A stretch of DNA of 64,000 nt from a virus (Duplodnaviria > Caudoviricetes). This document shows, piece by piece, positions 26,827 to 35,704 of this stretch. How positions within the stretch are numbered: position 1 is the first letter of the stretch; each line of letters opens with the position of its first letter. A program made the translations under genes and the position numbers. Location: positions 8,929-72,928 of IMG/VR virus record IMGVR_UViG_3300045958_000007; one strand, 5' to 3'. A model generated the notes under the pieces. It did no database searches. It saw only the letters and a program-made list of their open reading frames with translations, and had not been told where the DNA came from.

Positions 26827-27083
26827 CCGTTGAAAAGGTTCTCCATGCGCCCCACCGAGGGGTGCGCGCCGCGGCGCTGGGTGAAGTTCAGGAGGCTCGA
26901 GGATTTCTCGGCGCACCGCTCGGCGGCTTCGCGGATCTCAAACAGAAGGGGCCGGTTGGGGGCGTCCGCCGGAAGGGCGCCGATATAACGATCGATTCCG
27001 GTGAGGATGATGGTGAGCTCGTCGTTGAAGTCTTTCGCGCCGGCGGAGGCCACCGCGTTGATCCAGTCCGCCTGACTGCTCAT
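26820..27083 (-). CDS. Stand-alone HisKA/DHp-like domain lacking the phospho-accepting His
   Basis: AKDFNDELTII...LPADAPNRPLLFEIREAAERCAEKSSSLLNFTQRR matches the AHDFNNLLT...EI..A.ER...LL.F.R pattern with H replaced by K. Confidence 0.7.
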   Translation of the reverse strand: MSSQADWINAVASAGAKDFNDELTIILTGIDRYIGALPADAPNRPLLFEIREAAERCAEKSSSLLNFTQRRGAHPSVGRMENLFNGC

Positions 27084-27322
27084 TACTTCTTGAGGCCCGC
27101 GGACACCATGAACATCGTTCCGATGGCCCCGCCCAGCAGGAGCACCAGCATCCCGAGACCCGTCATCATCATGGTTTTGAGCGAGTCCAGCTTGCCGTCC
27201 ATCCTGACGATCGCCTCCTCGTTCTTGCCGATTTGCTCGTGCAGGTTTTCGATTTTCGCGCCGTGCTCCGCCACTCGGCTGGCGAGGGGATTTTCGGCGG
27301 AGATGGCGGTCGGGCTGGTCAT
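27083..27322 (-). CDS. Coiled-coil protein with C-terminal transmembrane helix
   Basis: Heptad pattern then MMMTGLGMLVLLLGGAIGTMFMV. Confidence 0.7.
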   Translation of the reverse strand: MTSPTAISAENPLASRVAEHGAKIENLHEQIGKNEEAIVRMDGKLDSLKTMMMTGLGMLVLLLGGAIGTMFMVSAGLKK

Positions 27323-27506
27323 GGCGCATTACCGGGGCGGCCCTACGCTGGGATAGCGGCGGGCAAGGAAGGTTCGGGGCGGAGATCTTTTACCAACGGC
27401 GTCGGCTCCGGCTCGTGGGGGCAACCGTCGTCGGCCATGCGGTCGAGTTCGTGTTCTTGCTGAGGGCTGTCTTCGGCCACGCGATTTGCTGCCGCTGGGA
27501 ACGCGG

Positions 27507-28154
27507 TTACTGGTTGACGCAACTGCCCGAGACCGCGGCGTTGACTACCCGCTGGATGTCGACGAGGCCGAACGTGGATCCACTGCTGAGGCTCTTCAGG
27601 CTACCGACACCGCTGACTACCTGGGACACTGCCGCCACTACGTCGAGCGCGTTGGTTGCGCCGTCGCCGTTCAGATCGCAGGGGGAGAGCAGGGGGATGT
27701 TGACCGCCGGGCCCGCGGCCGTGGCGACGGCGCTTCCGGCGAGTGACGCCGATAGGGTGTTGGTCAAGGTGAACGAGGGGCCCGTGGTGTTGGCTGAGGT
27801 GAACGGGCTGATGGGCGCTACCGGCACCGCGACGGTGGCCACCACGCCGTCCGCCAGGGTGTTGCTGTTGACGCCGTAGAGGACGCAGGTGGTCGTCTGC
27901 TGCGCGTTGGCGCCACACTGCACGGTTTTCTGGGCGGCCGTCGCCGCCGGTCCGGCGGTGACCGTGGCGCCGGACGGAACGGTGAAACTCCACTCCGACG
28001 CCGCGATGTTCTGGCCGGCCGAGCCGGCGAGGTTGATGCTGACGGTAGCGGTCTGCCCCGGCCGCGTGGCCGGCGCGGATACGCCGAGGCTGGGCCCGCT
28101 CTGCGCGATCGCGAGCGAGGCCAGCAAGAGGGTCATCAGGAGGATTCTCTTCAT
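27507..28154 (-). CDS. Secreted cohesin-like plus dockerin-like protein
   Basis: MKRILLMTLLLASLAIAQ; PGQTATVSINL...DGVVATV cohesin-like; CDLNGDGATNALDV...DIQRVVNA dockerin-like. Confidence 0.7.
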   Translation of the reverse strand: MKRILLMTLLLASLAIAQSGPSLGVSAPATRPGQTATVSINLAGSAGQNIAASEWSFTVPSGATVTAGPAATAAQKTVQCGANAQQTTTCVLYGVNSNTLADGVVATVAVPVAPISPFTSANTTGPSFTLTNTLSASLAGSAVATAAGPAVNIPLLSPCDLNGDGATNALDVVAAVSQVVSGVGSLKSLSSGSTFGLVDIQRVVNAAVSGSCVNQ

Positions 28155-28486
28155 GCTGCTTTGTTTCTCAGGCTTTCGTGGTGAACCCACAGCGCCACCG
28201 CCACCCGGTTCGGAAGCTCCAGCTTCGTCATGACGGCGTGCATGTACTGTTTGACCGTCCCGGGGGTGAGGTGCAGGCGACTACCGATTTCCTTGTTTTG
28301 CAGGCCCTGCCCCACCAGGAGCGCGACCTGCCGCTGGCGGCTGGTAAGCTCTCTCGATGGAGGACGGTGCTTCTTCAGCGCCGGGCCCTTGCAGTCCGGG
28401 CAGACCCGGGCGCTCTCGGTGCGAAACTCCCTCCCGCAACGGCTGCAGGTGCGGGCTTCCAGCACGGCCGGGAAATTCTGACTCAT
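28151..28486 (-). CDS. Zn-ribbon plus LuxR-type HTH regulator
   Basis: CSRC...CPDC; LTSRQRQVALLVGQGLQNKEIGSRLHLTPGTVKQY. Confidence 0.85.
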   Translation of the reverse strand: MSQNFPAVLEARTCSRCGREFRTESARVCPDCKGPALKKHRPPSRELTSRQRQVALLVGQGLQNKEIGSRLHLTPGTVKQYMHAVMTKLELPNRVAVALWVHHESLRNKAA

Positions 28487-28495
28487 GGCCCGGGG

Positions 28496-28843
28496 TTACA
28501 GGTTTTGCGGGTCGAAACCCAGGCCGCGAATCCGCATGTTCAGCCGCGCCGCGCGGTTGAGCAGCTCGTCGCGCTCGAGCGCCATGCCTTCGGCCGAAAT
28601 GCGCCGCGCGTCGTCGGAGGCGTCTTTTTCCCGCTCCAGGCGAGCGTTGATCCCCATCAGTTCCGCGCGTTGAGCGGCGAGGATAATGGCGTCCTTGGAA
28701 AGGCGTTCAAAGCCTTCCGTCAGGGCGCGGTTGCGCTGCTCGACGCCGGCGAGCGACTGCTTCAGTTGGCCGTTTTCGGCCGCGAGGTCGCGGTTTTCCT
28801 TCTGGATCCGCTGCTGCGTTCGTTTGCTGAAAATGCTCGTCAT
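28496..28843 (-). CDS. Coiled-coil hypothetical protein
   Basis: Heptad-rich; operon position. Confidence 0.6.
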   Translation of the reverse strand: MTSIFSKRTQQRIQKENRDLAAENGQLKQSLAGVEQRNRALTEGFERLSKDAIILAAQRAELMGINARLEREKDASDDARRISAEGMALERDELLNRAARLNMRIRGLGFDPQNL

Positions 28844-28855
28844 GAACTCCCCTTT

Positions 28856-29269
28856 TCAGATTTCGAGCGTCGAGTGGATGGCCTCGACCGCTTCCCGAAT
28901 GACTTCCACCCTGGCCTGCAGCCGCGTGAGGCGCACTCCCATGGGCGACACTGCCGGGCCTGGCGCGGTCTTCTCGCCGGTGTTCGGCTGCGGGTTCGCC
29001 CGCACTACCTCGAGGCGGCTCCCCAGCCTTTCAACGGCTTCCCCAAGGGCGTCGATCTCCTTCTCTACGCGCTCGGCGATCTCGGGAATTTCGAGCGTCC
29101 GCTTCGGGTGTTGCAAGTGGATGGGCTCGCCGGCCGGGAAAGTGGTTTTGAGAATCCGGCGCGGATCGTTCACGATGCCCACTTCCTGCTCGGGTGCCGT
29201 GTTGTGCTTGGCGGCTTCGGCCCGCTGCCATTCCTCTTGTGCGCGCTTATATTCTCGAAAGTCAGTCAT
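28856..29269 (-). CDS. Hypothetical protein
   Basis: Start MTDFREYK coupled to nusG-like stop. Confidence 0.55.
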   Translation of the reverse strand: MTDFREYKRAQEEWQRAEAAKHNTAPEQEVGIVNDPRRILKTTFPAGEPIHLQHPKRTLEIPEIAERVEKEIDALGEAVERLGSRLEVVRANPQPNTGEKTAPGPAVSPMGVRLTRLQARVEVIREAVEAIHSTLEI

Positions 29270-29847
29270 CACGCTGCTTTTCTCCCCTGAAACTCCGGCC
29301 GCGCCGGCGCCGACATCGCCGGCATCATGACTTTCACTGGCTCCCTCGCGATGGGCTCTAACATCGCCACGTCCACCTCGGCCGAAATCGACCGCCGCAG
29401 CATGGTGACGCTGACGATCACCCGCGCGGAATTCTTCGCGTACACAACGAAACCTTCGAGGCCCGCGAGCGGCCCGCGCACGACTCGCACTCGATCGCCG
29501 GCGCTGACAAAAGCGCAGGACTCGACCGCCTTTACCAGGGGTGTGTTTACGATCCGGCGGACCGCCGCGACCTCGAACTCGGAAAGGGCGACCGGAGACC
29601 GCCCGCACCCTACGATGCTTACCACTTGCGGAATCTCGATCACCGGCCGCGCATGAAGCAGCTCAAACCTTGCGAAGCAGTAGCCCGGGAAAAACTTGCG
29701 TTCGATGGTGCGGGCTCCGCCCTTGCGCGAGGGGTCCTTGCGCTCCTCTACCAGGTGCGGATAGAAGGCATCGATTCCCTCCCGGCCGAGTTTGTCGACC
29801 ACGAGGCGTTCCTGGGCGGAGCGGCAGTGTAGGGCGTACCAATCCAT
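29269..29847 (-). CDS. NusG/UpxY/RfaH-family transcription antiterminator
   Basis: WYALHC...FFPGYCFARF NGN domain; GDRVRVVRGPLAGLEG KOW domain. Confidence 0.9.
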   Translation of the reverse strand: MDWYALHCRSAQERLVVDKLGREGIDAFYPHLVEERKDPSRKGGARTIERKFFPGYCFARFELLHARPVIEIPQVVSIVGCGRSPVALSEFEVAAVRRIVNTPLVKAVESCAFVSAGDRVRVVRGPLAGLEGFVVYAKNSARVIVSVTMLRRSISAEVDVAMLEPIAREPVKVMMPAMSAPARPEFQGRKAA

Positions 29848-29939
29848 CGGCGGATGGCCTTCGGCCCCTGGATGCGGAAGCCCGCATCATCGAAACAGGG
29901 GCACACCGGCCAAACCACCAGCCGGAAAAACGGAACCGT

Positions 29940-30419
29940 TCAGGCGGCCTGGGCCGCGGTCGCCTTCACGACGGCGCTGATATCGCGCGCGCCGCTCAGG
30001 GACTCCTTCACAAAAGCCTGCTGTTCGGCTGCCGGCACATGCTCATCGAGCAGCTTGAACGTGTATTTCAACTTCGCCTTCAGCGTCTCCAGGCCGAGGG
30101 CCTTCTCGAGCGCCGCAAATGCCTGCTGTGGGCTGACGACTTCCCGCTTTTTCTCGCAGGCCGTCAGATCCACCCAATACTCGTTACCCTCGGCCCGGAT
30201 CGGGGCCTTCGGGTCGGAATCCTTGTAGTGCGCCCTGATCTCGCCCTTGAGCCTGTCCAGCTCGTCGAGCCAGGGCTTGTTCCGCGCGTACTCCGCCAGC
30301 AGATATCCGCAGCGGTCCAGCTTCCGCCGGAAATCCGCCTCGGCATCGGCCGGCACCGCCGGTTTCGGTTGCCCGAGCGGGACTGCGGGGGCCGGCTGAT
30401 GTCTCTTCAATTTCCCCAT
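29940..30419 (-). CDS. Hypothetical protein
   Basis: Clean ORF with upstream GGCGGCG spacing; coding-like composition. Confidence 0.65.
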   Translation of the reverse strand: MGKLKRHQPAPAVPLGQPKPAVPADAEADFRRKLDRCGYLLAEYARNKPWLDELDRLKGEIRAHYKDSDPKAPIRAEGNEYWVDLTACEKKREVVSPQQAFAALEKALGLETLKAKLKYTFKLLDEHVPAAEQQAFVKESLSGARDISAVVKATAAQAA

Positions 30420-30425
30420 CGCCGC

Positions 30426-30581
30426 CTATGCCGCCGCGTCCGGGGTGAGCCACCCCAACACCAGAGTCTCGAGGTCCTTCACGCGGCGCCGCAGCGCCTG
30501 GAACTCCTCGGCGATGCGCTCCTCGCGGGTCGGCTGCTGCTGCGGCCTTGCGCCCTTCACCAGAATCAGCCGTCGGTTCAT
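30426..30581 (-). CDS. Small coiled-coil protein
   Basis: MNRRLILVK...EEFQALRRRVKDLETLVL. Confidence 0.5.
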   Translation of the reverse strand: MNRRLILVKGARPQQQPTREERIAEEFQALRRRVKDLETLVLGWLTPDAAA

Positions 30582-30639
30582 GATCGGTACAGGACGATGG
30601 TAATGTCTGATCTGGTACATTTCAACGCTACAATGGGCT

Positions 30640-30692
30640 AGGTTTTCCTGGTATAGGAGCAGGAAAACCTGGTACTTCGGCCAGTTTTCCGG
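30640..30692. promoter_or_regulatory. Operator-like inverted repeats in divergent intergenic region
   Basis: AGGTTTTCCTG-N9-CAGGAAAACCT perfect 11 bp inverted repeat plus third half-site CCAGTTTTCC. Confidence 0.55.
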
Positions 30693-30748
30693 AGGAAGAC
30701 AAGGAATTCGGGCCCATGAAATCGTCGTCGTCGTCCCCCGCCCGGCGG

Positions 30749-31048
30749 ATGGAGCCAGTGTGGTTCTCACGCCGCGAACGCGAAGTATTATCCCTGCTCT
30801 GCCGCGGCTGGTCGAATAAGCAGATCGCCGCCAGGATCGAGATCTCGGTCGGCGGGGTCCGCTTCCACCTCACCACGTTGCTCCGCAAGCTCCGTCTCCA
30901 GGACCGCACCGAGATGATCCTCTGGTGCCTCCAGCATCCCGAGGACGTCAGCCGCGGGCGCACCGAGGACCCACGCCTCCACCCGGTCGGCTGCGCGTGC
31001 GGGGGCGCCTGTTGTTCGGCGATGCAGTTGATCGGCAAGGCCGCATAG
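30749..31048 (+). CDS. LuxR-type HTH regulator
   Basis: FSRREREVLSLLCRGWSNKQIAARIEISVGGVRFHL. Confidence 0.85.
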   Translation: MEPVWFSRREREVLSLLCRGWSNKQIAARIEISVGGVRFHLTTLLRKLRLQDRTEMILWCLQHPEDVSRGRTEDPRLHPVGCACGGACCSAMQLIGKAA

Positions 31049-31195
31049 CCGGCCGGTTGGCAGGCTGGCAACTCCGCCGGAGTGCGTGTATATCCTCCAG
31101 CCAACCAGCCAGCCGCGCATGAGCTAACGCCCTAAAGAAAGTAAACCCGTAAGGCGCGCGAAACGGCCGATTGGCGTCGGTTTCGGGGGCGCCGG

Positions 31196-31305
31196 TGCAG
31201 AACTCCAGGACTCGGGCATGCAGACCTCCAGGTCTGCGTGAATGCAGACCTCCAGGTCTCGGCTATGCAGACCTCCAGGTCTGCATCGATGCAGAACTAC
31301 AGGAC
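31196..31305. repeat. Five tandem palindromic repeats, period 23-24 bp
   Basis: TGCAGA(A/C)CT(C/A)CAGG(A/T)C at 31196, 31219, 31243, 31266 and 31290; central copies contain AGACCT-CC-AGGTCT. Confidence 0.9.
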
Positions 31306-31369
31306 ACAGGGAAGAGAAAGGAAAGAGAACGGAATCTGACTTATGCAGGCAAATAACTAAAAAAAAAGG

Positions 31370-31399
31370 TTGACGTTGGTACGAGGCAGTACGCATTAT
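31370..31399 (+). promoter_or_regulatory. Putative sigma70 promoter with upstream A-tract
   Basis: A-tract, TTGACG-N18-CATTAT; ATG at 31407 lies at the predicted start site. Confidence 0.45.
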
Positions 31400-31406
31400 G
31401 TGGGAG

Positions 31407-31700
31407 ATGGCTGCTAACAAGAGCCCCGAAAAGGGGGGCCTCGCCCGCTGGGAGGGGTCGACGCCGGACGAGCGCACCGAAGAGATGAGCCGGGTTGCGA
31501 ACAGGGGATGGACGAAGGCGCGCCGCAAGGAACGCTCCGACCTGATGAAGAGGTTTTGGGCTGGAGTGTCCGCGGAGCGGGCGGAACGCGCTGCTGCTGC
31601 TGCTGCTGCGGCGGCTGGTGGAAGCGCGCCGCCAGGCGCACGCCGAGCGCGTACATCCGCGGCTACTGCGGAACGCGACGAGGAGAGGGCTTCCTCCTGA
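31407..31700 (+). CDS. Small basic protein (GG-ARW-rich, poly-Ala)
   Basis: KGGLARWEGSTPDERTEEMSRVANRGW; similar in style to 53495..53731. Confidence 0.5.
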   Translation: MAANKSPEKGGLARWEGSTPDERTEEMSRVANRGWTKARRKERSDLMKRFWAGVSAERAERAAAAAAAAAGGSAPPGARRARTSAATAERDEERASS

Positions 31701-31709
31701 GCGATGCCG

Positions 31710-32639
31710 TCAGAGCCCAATCATGGCGGCGGCGTTCACTTTGAAGATTTCGGTGCGCCGGTAGTATTTTCGGAGTGCCTCCATGCTTCGATGCCCCGTC
31801 TGCGAGGCGATGAGGAATTCGCCAACGCCTGCATTGGCGGCCGTGGTCACGAACCCGGCGCGCAGGCTGTGACTGCCGTAGCCGGTGGGATCGATGCCGA
31901 CGCGGCGCAGCGATTCCCGCACTACCTTGGTCACGGCCTCGTCGCTCATCGGGTTCCGGTATCGGCCGCCGGTGACGGGCCGGAACAGCGGACCGGGATC
32001 CGGCCCCCGCACCTCGATCCATCGCTCGAGTGCGCGCACGGGGCAGGTCGCCGGATCGGAGCCGAAGGGCAGTCCAACCAGTCGCCCCTTTCCCGCGCGG
32101 TCCTGCTTTTCCCGCCGGATACTGAGGACGACGCCGGAGTCCGTGATCTCCACATCCTCGATTTGCAGCGACACGAGACTCGACCGGCGCAACGCCGACG
32201 CAAACCCTACCGCCAGGATGGCGCGGTTGCGGATCGCGATCGCGGTATCCTCGCCGGCGAGATCGCGGCACACCAACCGGAGCTGCTCGATTGTGAGCGC
32301 CTTCATCTGACGGGGCCGCTCGGCGCGGATGCGGCTGGCGGCGGTCATCAGCCGCCACGTCGAATCAGCCATGGGGCTCGCGAGGCCGGCGCGCTTGTGG
32401 TGAAACACCACGCTCGCCGCGCGGCGCCGCACCGTGCTGACCTTTTTCCCCTGCTCCAGTTGGTCCGTGAGCCAGAGCGAGATGGTTTCGTGCGAGGCGG
32501 GGAGCGGCGCGAGGTTATAGCGCCCGCACCACTCTTCAAAGATCCGCCAATCGTAGCGGTAACCTGCGAGCGTGTTGGGCGCGAAGGTACTTTCGCTAAG
32601 TCGGTCCCGTGCCGCGTACAGTTGCGGGAGAGGTGTCAT
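31710..32639 (-). CDS. int: Tyrosine recombinase (integrase/Cre-like)
   Basis: RNRAILAVGFASALRRSSL, GSHSLRAGFVT and QTGHRS...LRKY catalytic motifs; N-terminal core-binding helices. Confidence 0.92.
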   Translation of the reverse strand: MTPLPQLYAARDRLSESTFAPNTLAGYRYDWRIFEEWCGRYNLAPLPASHETISLWLTDQLEQGKKVSTVRRRAASVVFHHKRAGLASPMADSTWRLMTAASRIRAERPRQMKALTIEQLRLVCRDLAGEDTAIAIRNRAILAVGFASALRRSSLVSLQIEDVEITDSGVVLSIRREKQDRAGKGRLVGLPFGSDPATCPVRALERWIEVRGPDPGPLFRPVTGGRYRNPMSDEAVTKVVRESLRRVGIDPTGYGSHSLRAGFVTTAANAGVGEFLIASQTGHRSMEALRKYYRRTEIFKVNAAAMIGL

Positions 32640-33062
32640 CCCGAAACCTTATCGGCAATTTTGCGGGCGAGGTTAGCAGGGAATTTTGGTTGGGCTACAA
32701 ATCAGGATTGTAGTACAACCCCGATCCGGAGCAATACCAGCTTCCAAGGCCTGGGCCAAGCGGACAGGGCACCCCCGGTGCCGGGAAAAGGCTCACTGAA
32801 GGTCTGCCATTAACATTCTTGGTCGGAGCGTTTTTGTTAGACCTTCTGCAAGCTGAACAATGACCACCGGGAGGTGTTACCTGCCCTCCAGTGTAAAGCC
32901 TTCCCAGTGGGTCATTCAAGTTAAAAAGACCTAGCCTTTTGGGGGAGGTGCTGTTTTGATTCAGTTACAGCGGGACACGAGACGCAGATACACACCCGGT
33001 ACTCATACAACAATTCACCGATTCTTCTCCCTTTATTCCCTCCCTGTGGGCGGAGGCGTTCT

Positions 33063-34370
33063 ATGAGCGCCCCCAGCCCGATTAGACCTCGAAAAAAGCA
33101 CGGCGCGGCCACCGGCCGGAAGCCTTGGGTCAAACCGCCCGGCCAGCGGAAGAGCGGCGATCCCAAGGGTACCTACGCGCTGTTCAAGTGGGAGCAGGTA
33201 TTTGAGGCGTTCCGGGAGAATGACTGGCGGGTGATCGGACTGGCGCTCCTGCCGGACCTGACCCGGATTTCCGCCTCGGCCGGCGTGATGTCCATCCTGG
33301 GATGGGTGGCGGCCCACACCACCGGAGGGGTTTACGGCCTGCGCGGGAGCCGCGTTCTCCTGCACAAGAAGGGCGGCCGGACCAAGTTCTCCTGCACCCT
33401 CACCACGGCGGATTTCCACAAGCTGTGCGGTCGCCGCTTTTCCCGGCGGTACATCCTCAAGGTCGTCTCCTACTGCCTGGAGCAGGGCTTTCTGCTCCAG
33501 CGGGGGGAGACCGGCGAGGCGAAATACCAGTACGCGCTCGACCTCGAGCGGATCCAAAACGCCCCCACCGCGGAGCCCGAACCGGGCGAAGATGAGGCGA
33601 AAAATGAGGGCCAAAATGCGAGTTTTCGGGCTTCGGACGGATCGCGCGACCTCCACGGTGGAGAAGGCACATCGGATCAATGGTTTACGGATGAAAACGG
33701 AGGCGGTGATGGAGCGAATGAAAAGCGAATGCTATGCAGAACTCCAGGACCGAAATCGAACCTGCTTTTGCCGGGCAACTGGCTCCGGCTGGGAAGCTCC
33801 ATGGATGCCGCCGGCCACGAAGTAGCGGGCATCGATGTCCAGTCCGACCACCCCGTCAATGTTACCGCCTATCTGGACGCCAAGGGGGACATGAAAATCA
33901 GAATTTCGCTTCCCCCGGCCGAGGCCAAGGCGGAGCCCATCAGGGAAATCCCTGAGCAGGCGGCGCCGCAGGAATCCCCCGGGGAAGGGCCGAAACTACC
34001 CCCCACCCCGGCACCCGCTGATCCCGTCCCGGGCATGCGCCGGGACCAGTTACTCCTCGGGCTGGCCGACCGGAATCTGCGGGTCACCCCCGCCTACGCG
34101 GATAAGGTTCTGGCTGGGTATCTTCCGGATGCGTCCGTGGGGCACCTCCTCGCCACGGTGGACCAGGAGATAGCCAACGCCAAGGCCAAAGGCAAGACGT
34201 TCGTAACGAGCTGGCTCCCGCACACGGCCAGACAGGCGGCGGCCTCGTGGCCTACCGTGGCCGCGAGACCGCCGCAGGGTCGGGGCTATCAGCCGAGCGA
34301 GAGGGAGAAGCGCCTCGCCAACGAAGGCCGGCGGGCCAAGGGACTGCCGGAGAGGGACTATGAGACCTGA
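33063..34370 (+). CDS. Putative replication initiator (winged-helix N-terminus)
   Basis: Large ORF heading a rightward early operon; HTH-like FSRRYILKVVSYCLEQGFL; low-complexity linker; DnaD-like C-terminus. Confidence 0.55.
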   Translation: MSAPSPIRPRKKHGAATGRKPWVKPPGQRKSGDPKGTYALFKWEQVFEAFRENDWRVIGLALLPDLTRISASAGVMSILGWVAAHTTGGVYGLRGSRVLLHKKGGRTKFSCTLTTADFHKLCGRRFSRRYILKVVSYCLEQGFLLQRGETGEAKYQYALDLERIQNAPTAEPEPGEDEAKNEGQNASFRASDGSRDLHGGEGTSDQWFTDENGGGDGANEKRMLCRTPGPKSNLLLPGNWLRLGSSMDAAGHEVAGIDVQSDHPVNVTAYLDAKGDMKIRISLPPAEAKAEPIREIPEQAAPQESPGEGPKLPPTPAPADPVPGMRRDQLLLGLADRNLRVTPAYADKVLAGYLPDASVGHLLATVDQEIANAKAKGKTFVTSWLPHTARQAAASWPTVAARPPQGRGYQPSEREKRLANEGRRAKGLPERDYET

Positions 34371-35037
34371 CGAGCACCCCCTGACCCCGGAAGTCGCGGC
34401 GAGTGTGGTGGACGCGCTCGCCAGCTTCCGGTACTACCCGCAGAATCCTAAGTACGACTCGCTGATGCGGGATCTCATTGACGATATGTGCCCCTCGGCC
34501 GAGGCGGCGGTCTGGGTAGTCAAGCGGGCGTTTCGGCTGTGGAACGGCGAGTGGAAGGGGCCGCAGGAGCTGCGCGCGATCCTCTGCTCCAAGTACTCTC
34601 CCGCCGATGGCGAGACAGTCTACTCCCAGCTCAAGGAGTTTCGCGCCGGCATTCCGCCGGAGAATCCCGTGCCCGGGCCGGTGCGCGCCGCCCTCCCGCC
34701 AGGGCGGGCGTATAGCGCCGATCCGCAGATGGAGGTCGCTGCGGAGCAGATGGTGGGTGCCGTCGCGCGTAAAGTGCGCGAGTTGCCGGAACTCTCCGCG
34801 GAGGACGCCGAGCGGGCCCGCAAGTTCGGTGTGGCGCTGGAGGAGGTTCTGACTGCGCCCGAAGATCGGGAGCCGCTGCCCGCTCCCCGCAAGCCGCCCC
34901 GGCAGAGCCGATTCGTGCGGTTGAGCCATGACGAAGAACACGCTCCGCTGCCCCCGGGTTCCTACCGGCGCATCACGCAGGAGGATATAGACCGCGCCGT
35001 CCGCGAGCTGCGCGAGAAGAGAGGAGGCCCGCAGTGA
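34360..35037 (+). CDS. Putative helicase loader/inhibitor-like protein following rep
   Basis: Position and helical N-terminus; WKGPQELRAIL motif. Confidence 0.45.
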   Translation: MRPDEHPLTPEVAASVVDALASFRYYPQNPKYDSLMRDLIDDMCPSAEAAVWVVKRAFRLWNGEWKGPQELRAILCSKYSPADGETVYSQLKEFRAGIPPENPVPGPVRAALPPGRAYSADPQMEVAAEQMVGAVARKVRELPELSAEDAERARKFGVALEEVLTAPEDREPLPAPRKPPRQSRFVRLSHDEEHAPLPPGSYRRITQEDIDRAVRELREKRGGPQ

Positions 35038-35261
35038 TTTCGGTGCCGCCGCAGAAGATGACGGTGCAGCAGCTCGAGAGCCGGGTCCGCTTCCACGAGT
35101 CGACGGCGGAGATGTTCGCGCGGGTAGGCGAGGAAAGGATGGCGGCGGAATTCCGCGAGCTGGCGGCGACGTACCGGCGCGAGTTGGGGCGCCGCGGGAA
35201 CGAGGACTCCGCTGTTTTGGTTTCTCTCCGCTCTCCGGACGGAGACGACGCACCGCTGTAG
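35034..35261 (+). CDS. Hypothetical protein
   Basis: GTGA coupling. Confidence 0.5.
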   Translation: MISVPPQKMTVQQLESRVRFHESTAEMFARVGEERMAAEFRELAATYRRELGRRGNEDSAVLVSLRSPDGDDAPL

Positions 35262-35401
35262 GCGCGCTACAGCAGGCCAGATGCGGGGCCGGGCCGCATC
35301 CCCATCAGTTTCACCGGAGCAGATACCAAGGGCGTGATCGAAGTTGGGACCGCCGCTCTCACCCGTCGTGGGGCGGCGGTTCCCAGCGGGAGGCTTCGAC
35401 A

Positions 35402-35704
35402 ATGGCGACGAAGAAGAAAGGCGGGAGCGCAGAGCCCCGGGTCATCAAGACGGACCGGCACGGATTTGTCCGCTGCCGGGTTTGCGGCTGCACAGAGATA
35501 GATGCGTGCGCCAACGGTTGCGGGTGGGTGGACGAGGACCTCTGCATCACTTGTAACAATGCGGTGCTGGCGGTAGGGGACTGGATGGAGAATGCGCGCC
35601 GGCCGACGTGGGCGGGGCTGCGCCGCGAGGTGGACCGGCTGCTGCAGTTGGGCCGAGGCCGGGCGATGGCGGCGCGGAGCGGGGGCGGCCATGGCCGCGA
35701 GTAA
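35402..35704 (+). CDS. Zn-finger hypothetical protein
   Basis: CRVCGCTEIDACANGCGWVDEDLCITC. Confidence 0.65.
   Translation: MATKKKGGSAEPRVIKTDRHGFVRCRVCGCTEIDACANGCGWVDEDLCITCNNAVLAVGDWMENARRPTWAGLRREVDRLLQLGRGRAMAARSGGGHGRE

Noticed and set aside
31196-31305. Possible CRISPR mini-array
   Set aside because: Repeats are about 16 bp with only 7-8 nt between them, far too short for spacers; no cas genes
31124-31720. 198 aa minus-strand ORF crossing the repeat array
   Set aside because: Its apparent repeats (DLEVC) just translate the DNA repeats; it overlaps a promoter-like AT tract
31704-32813. 369 aa plus-strand ORF
   Set aside because: Antisense to the tyrosine recombinase
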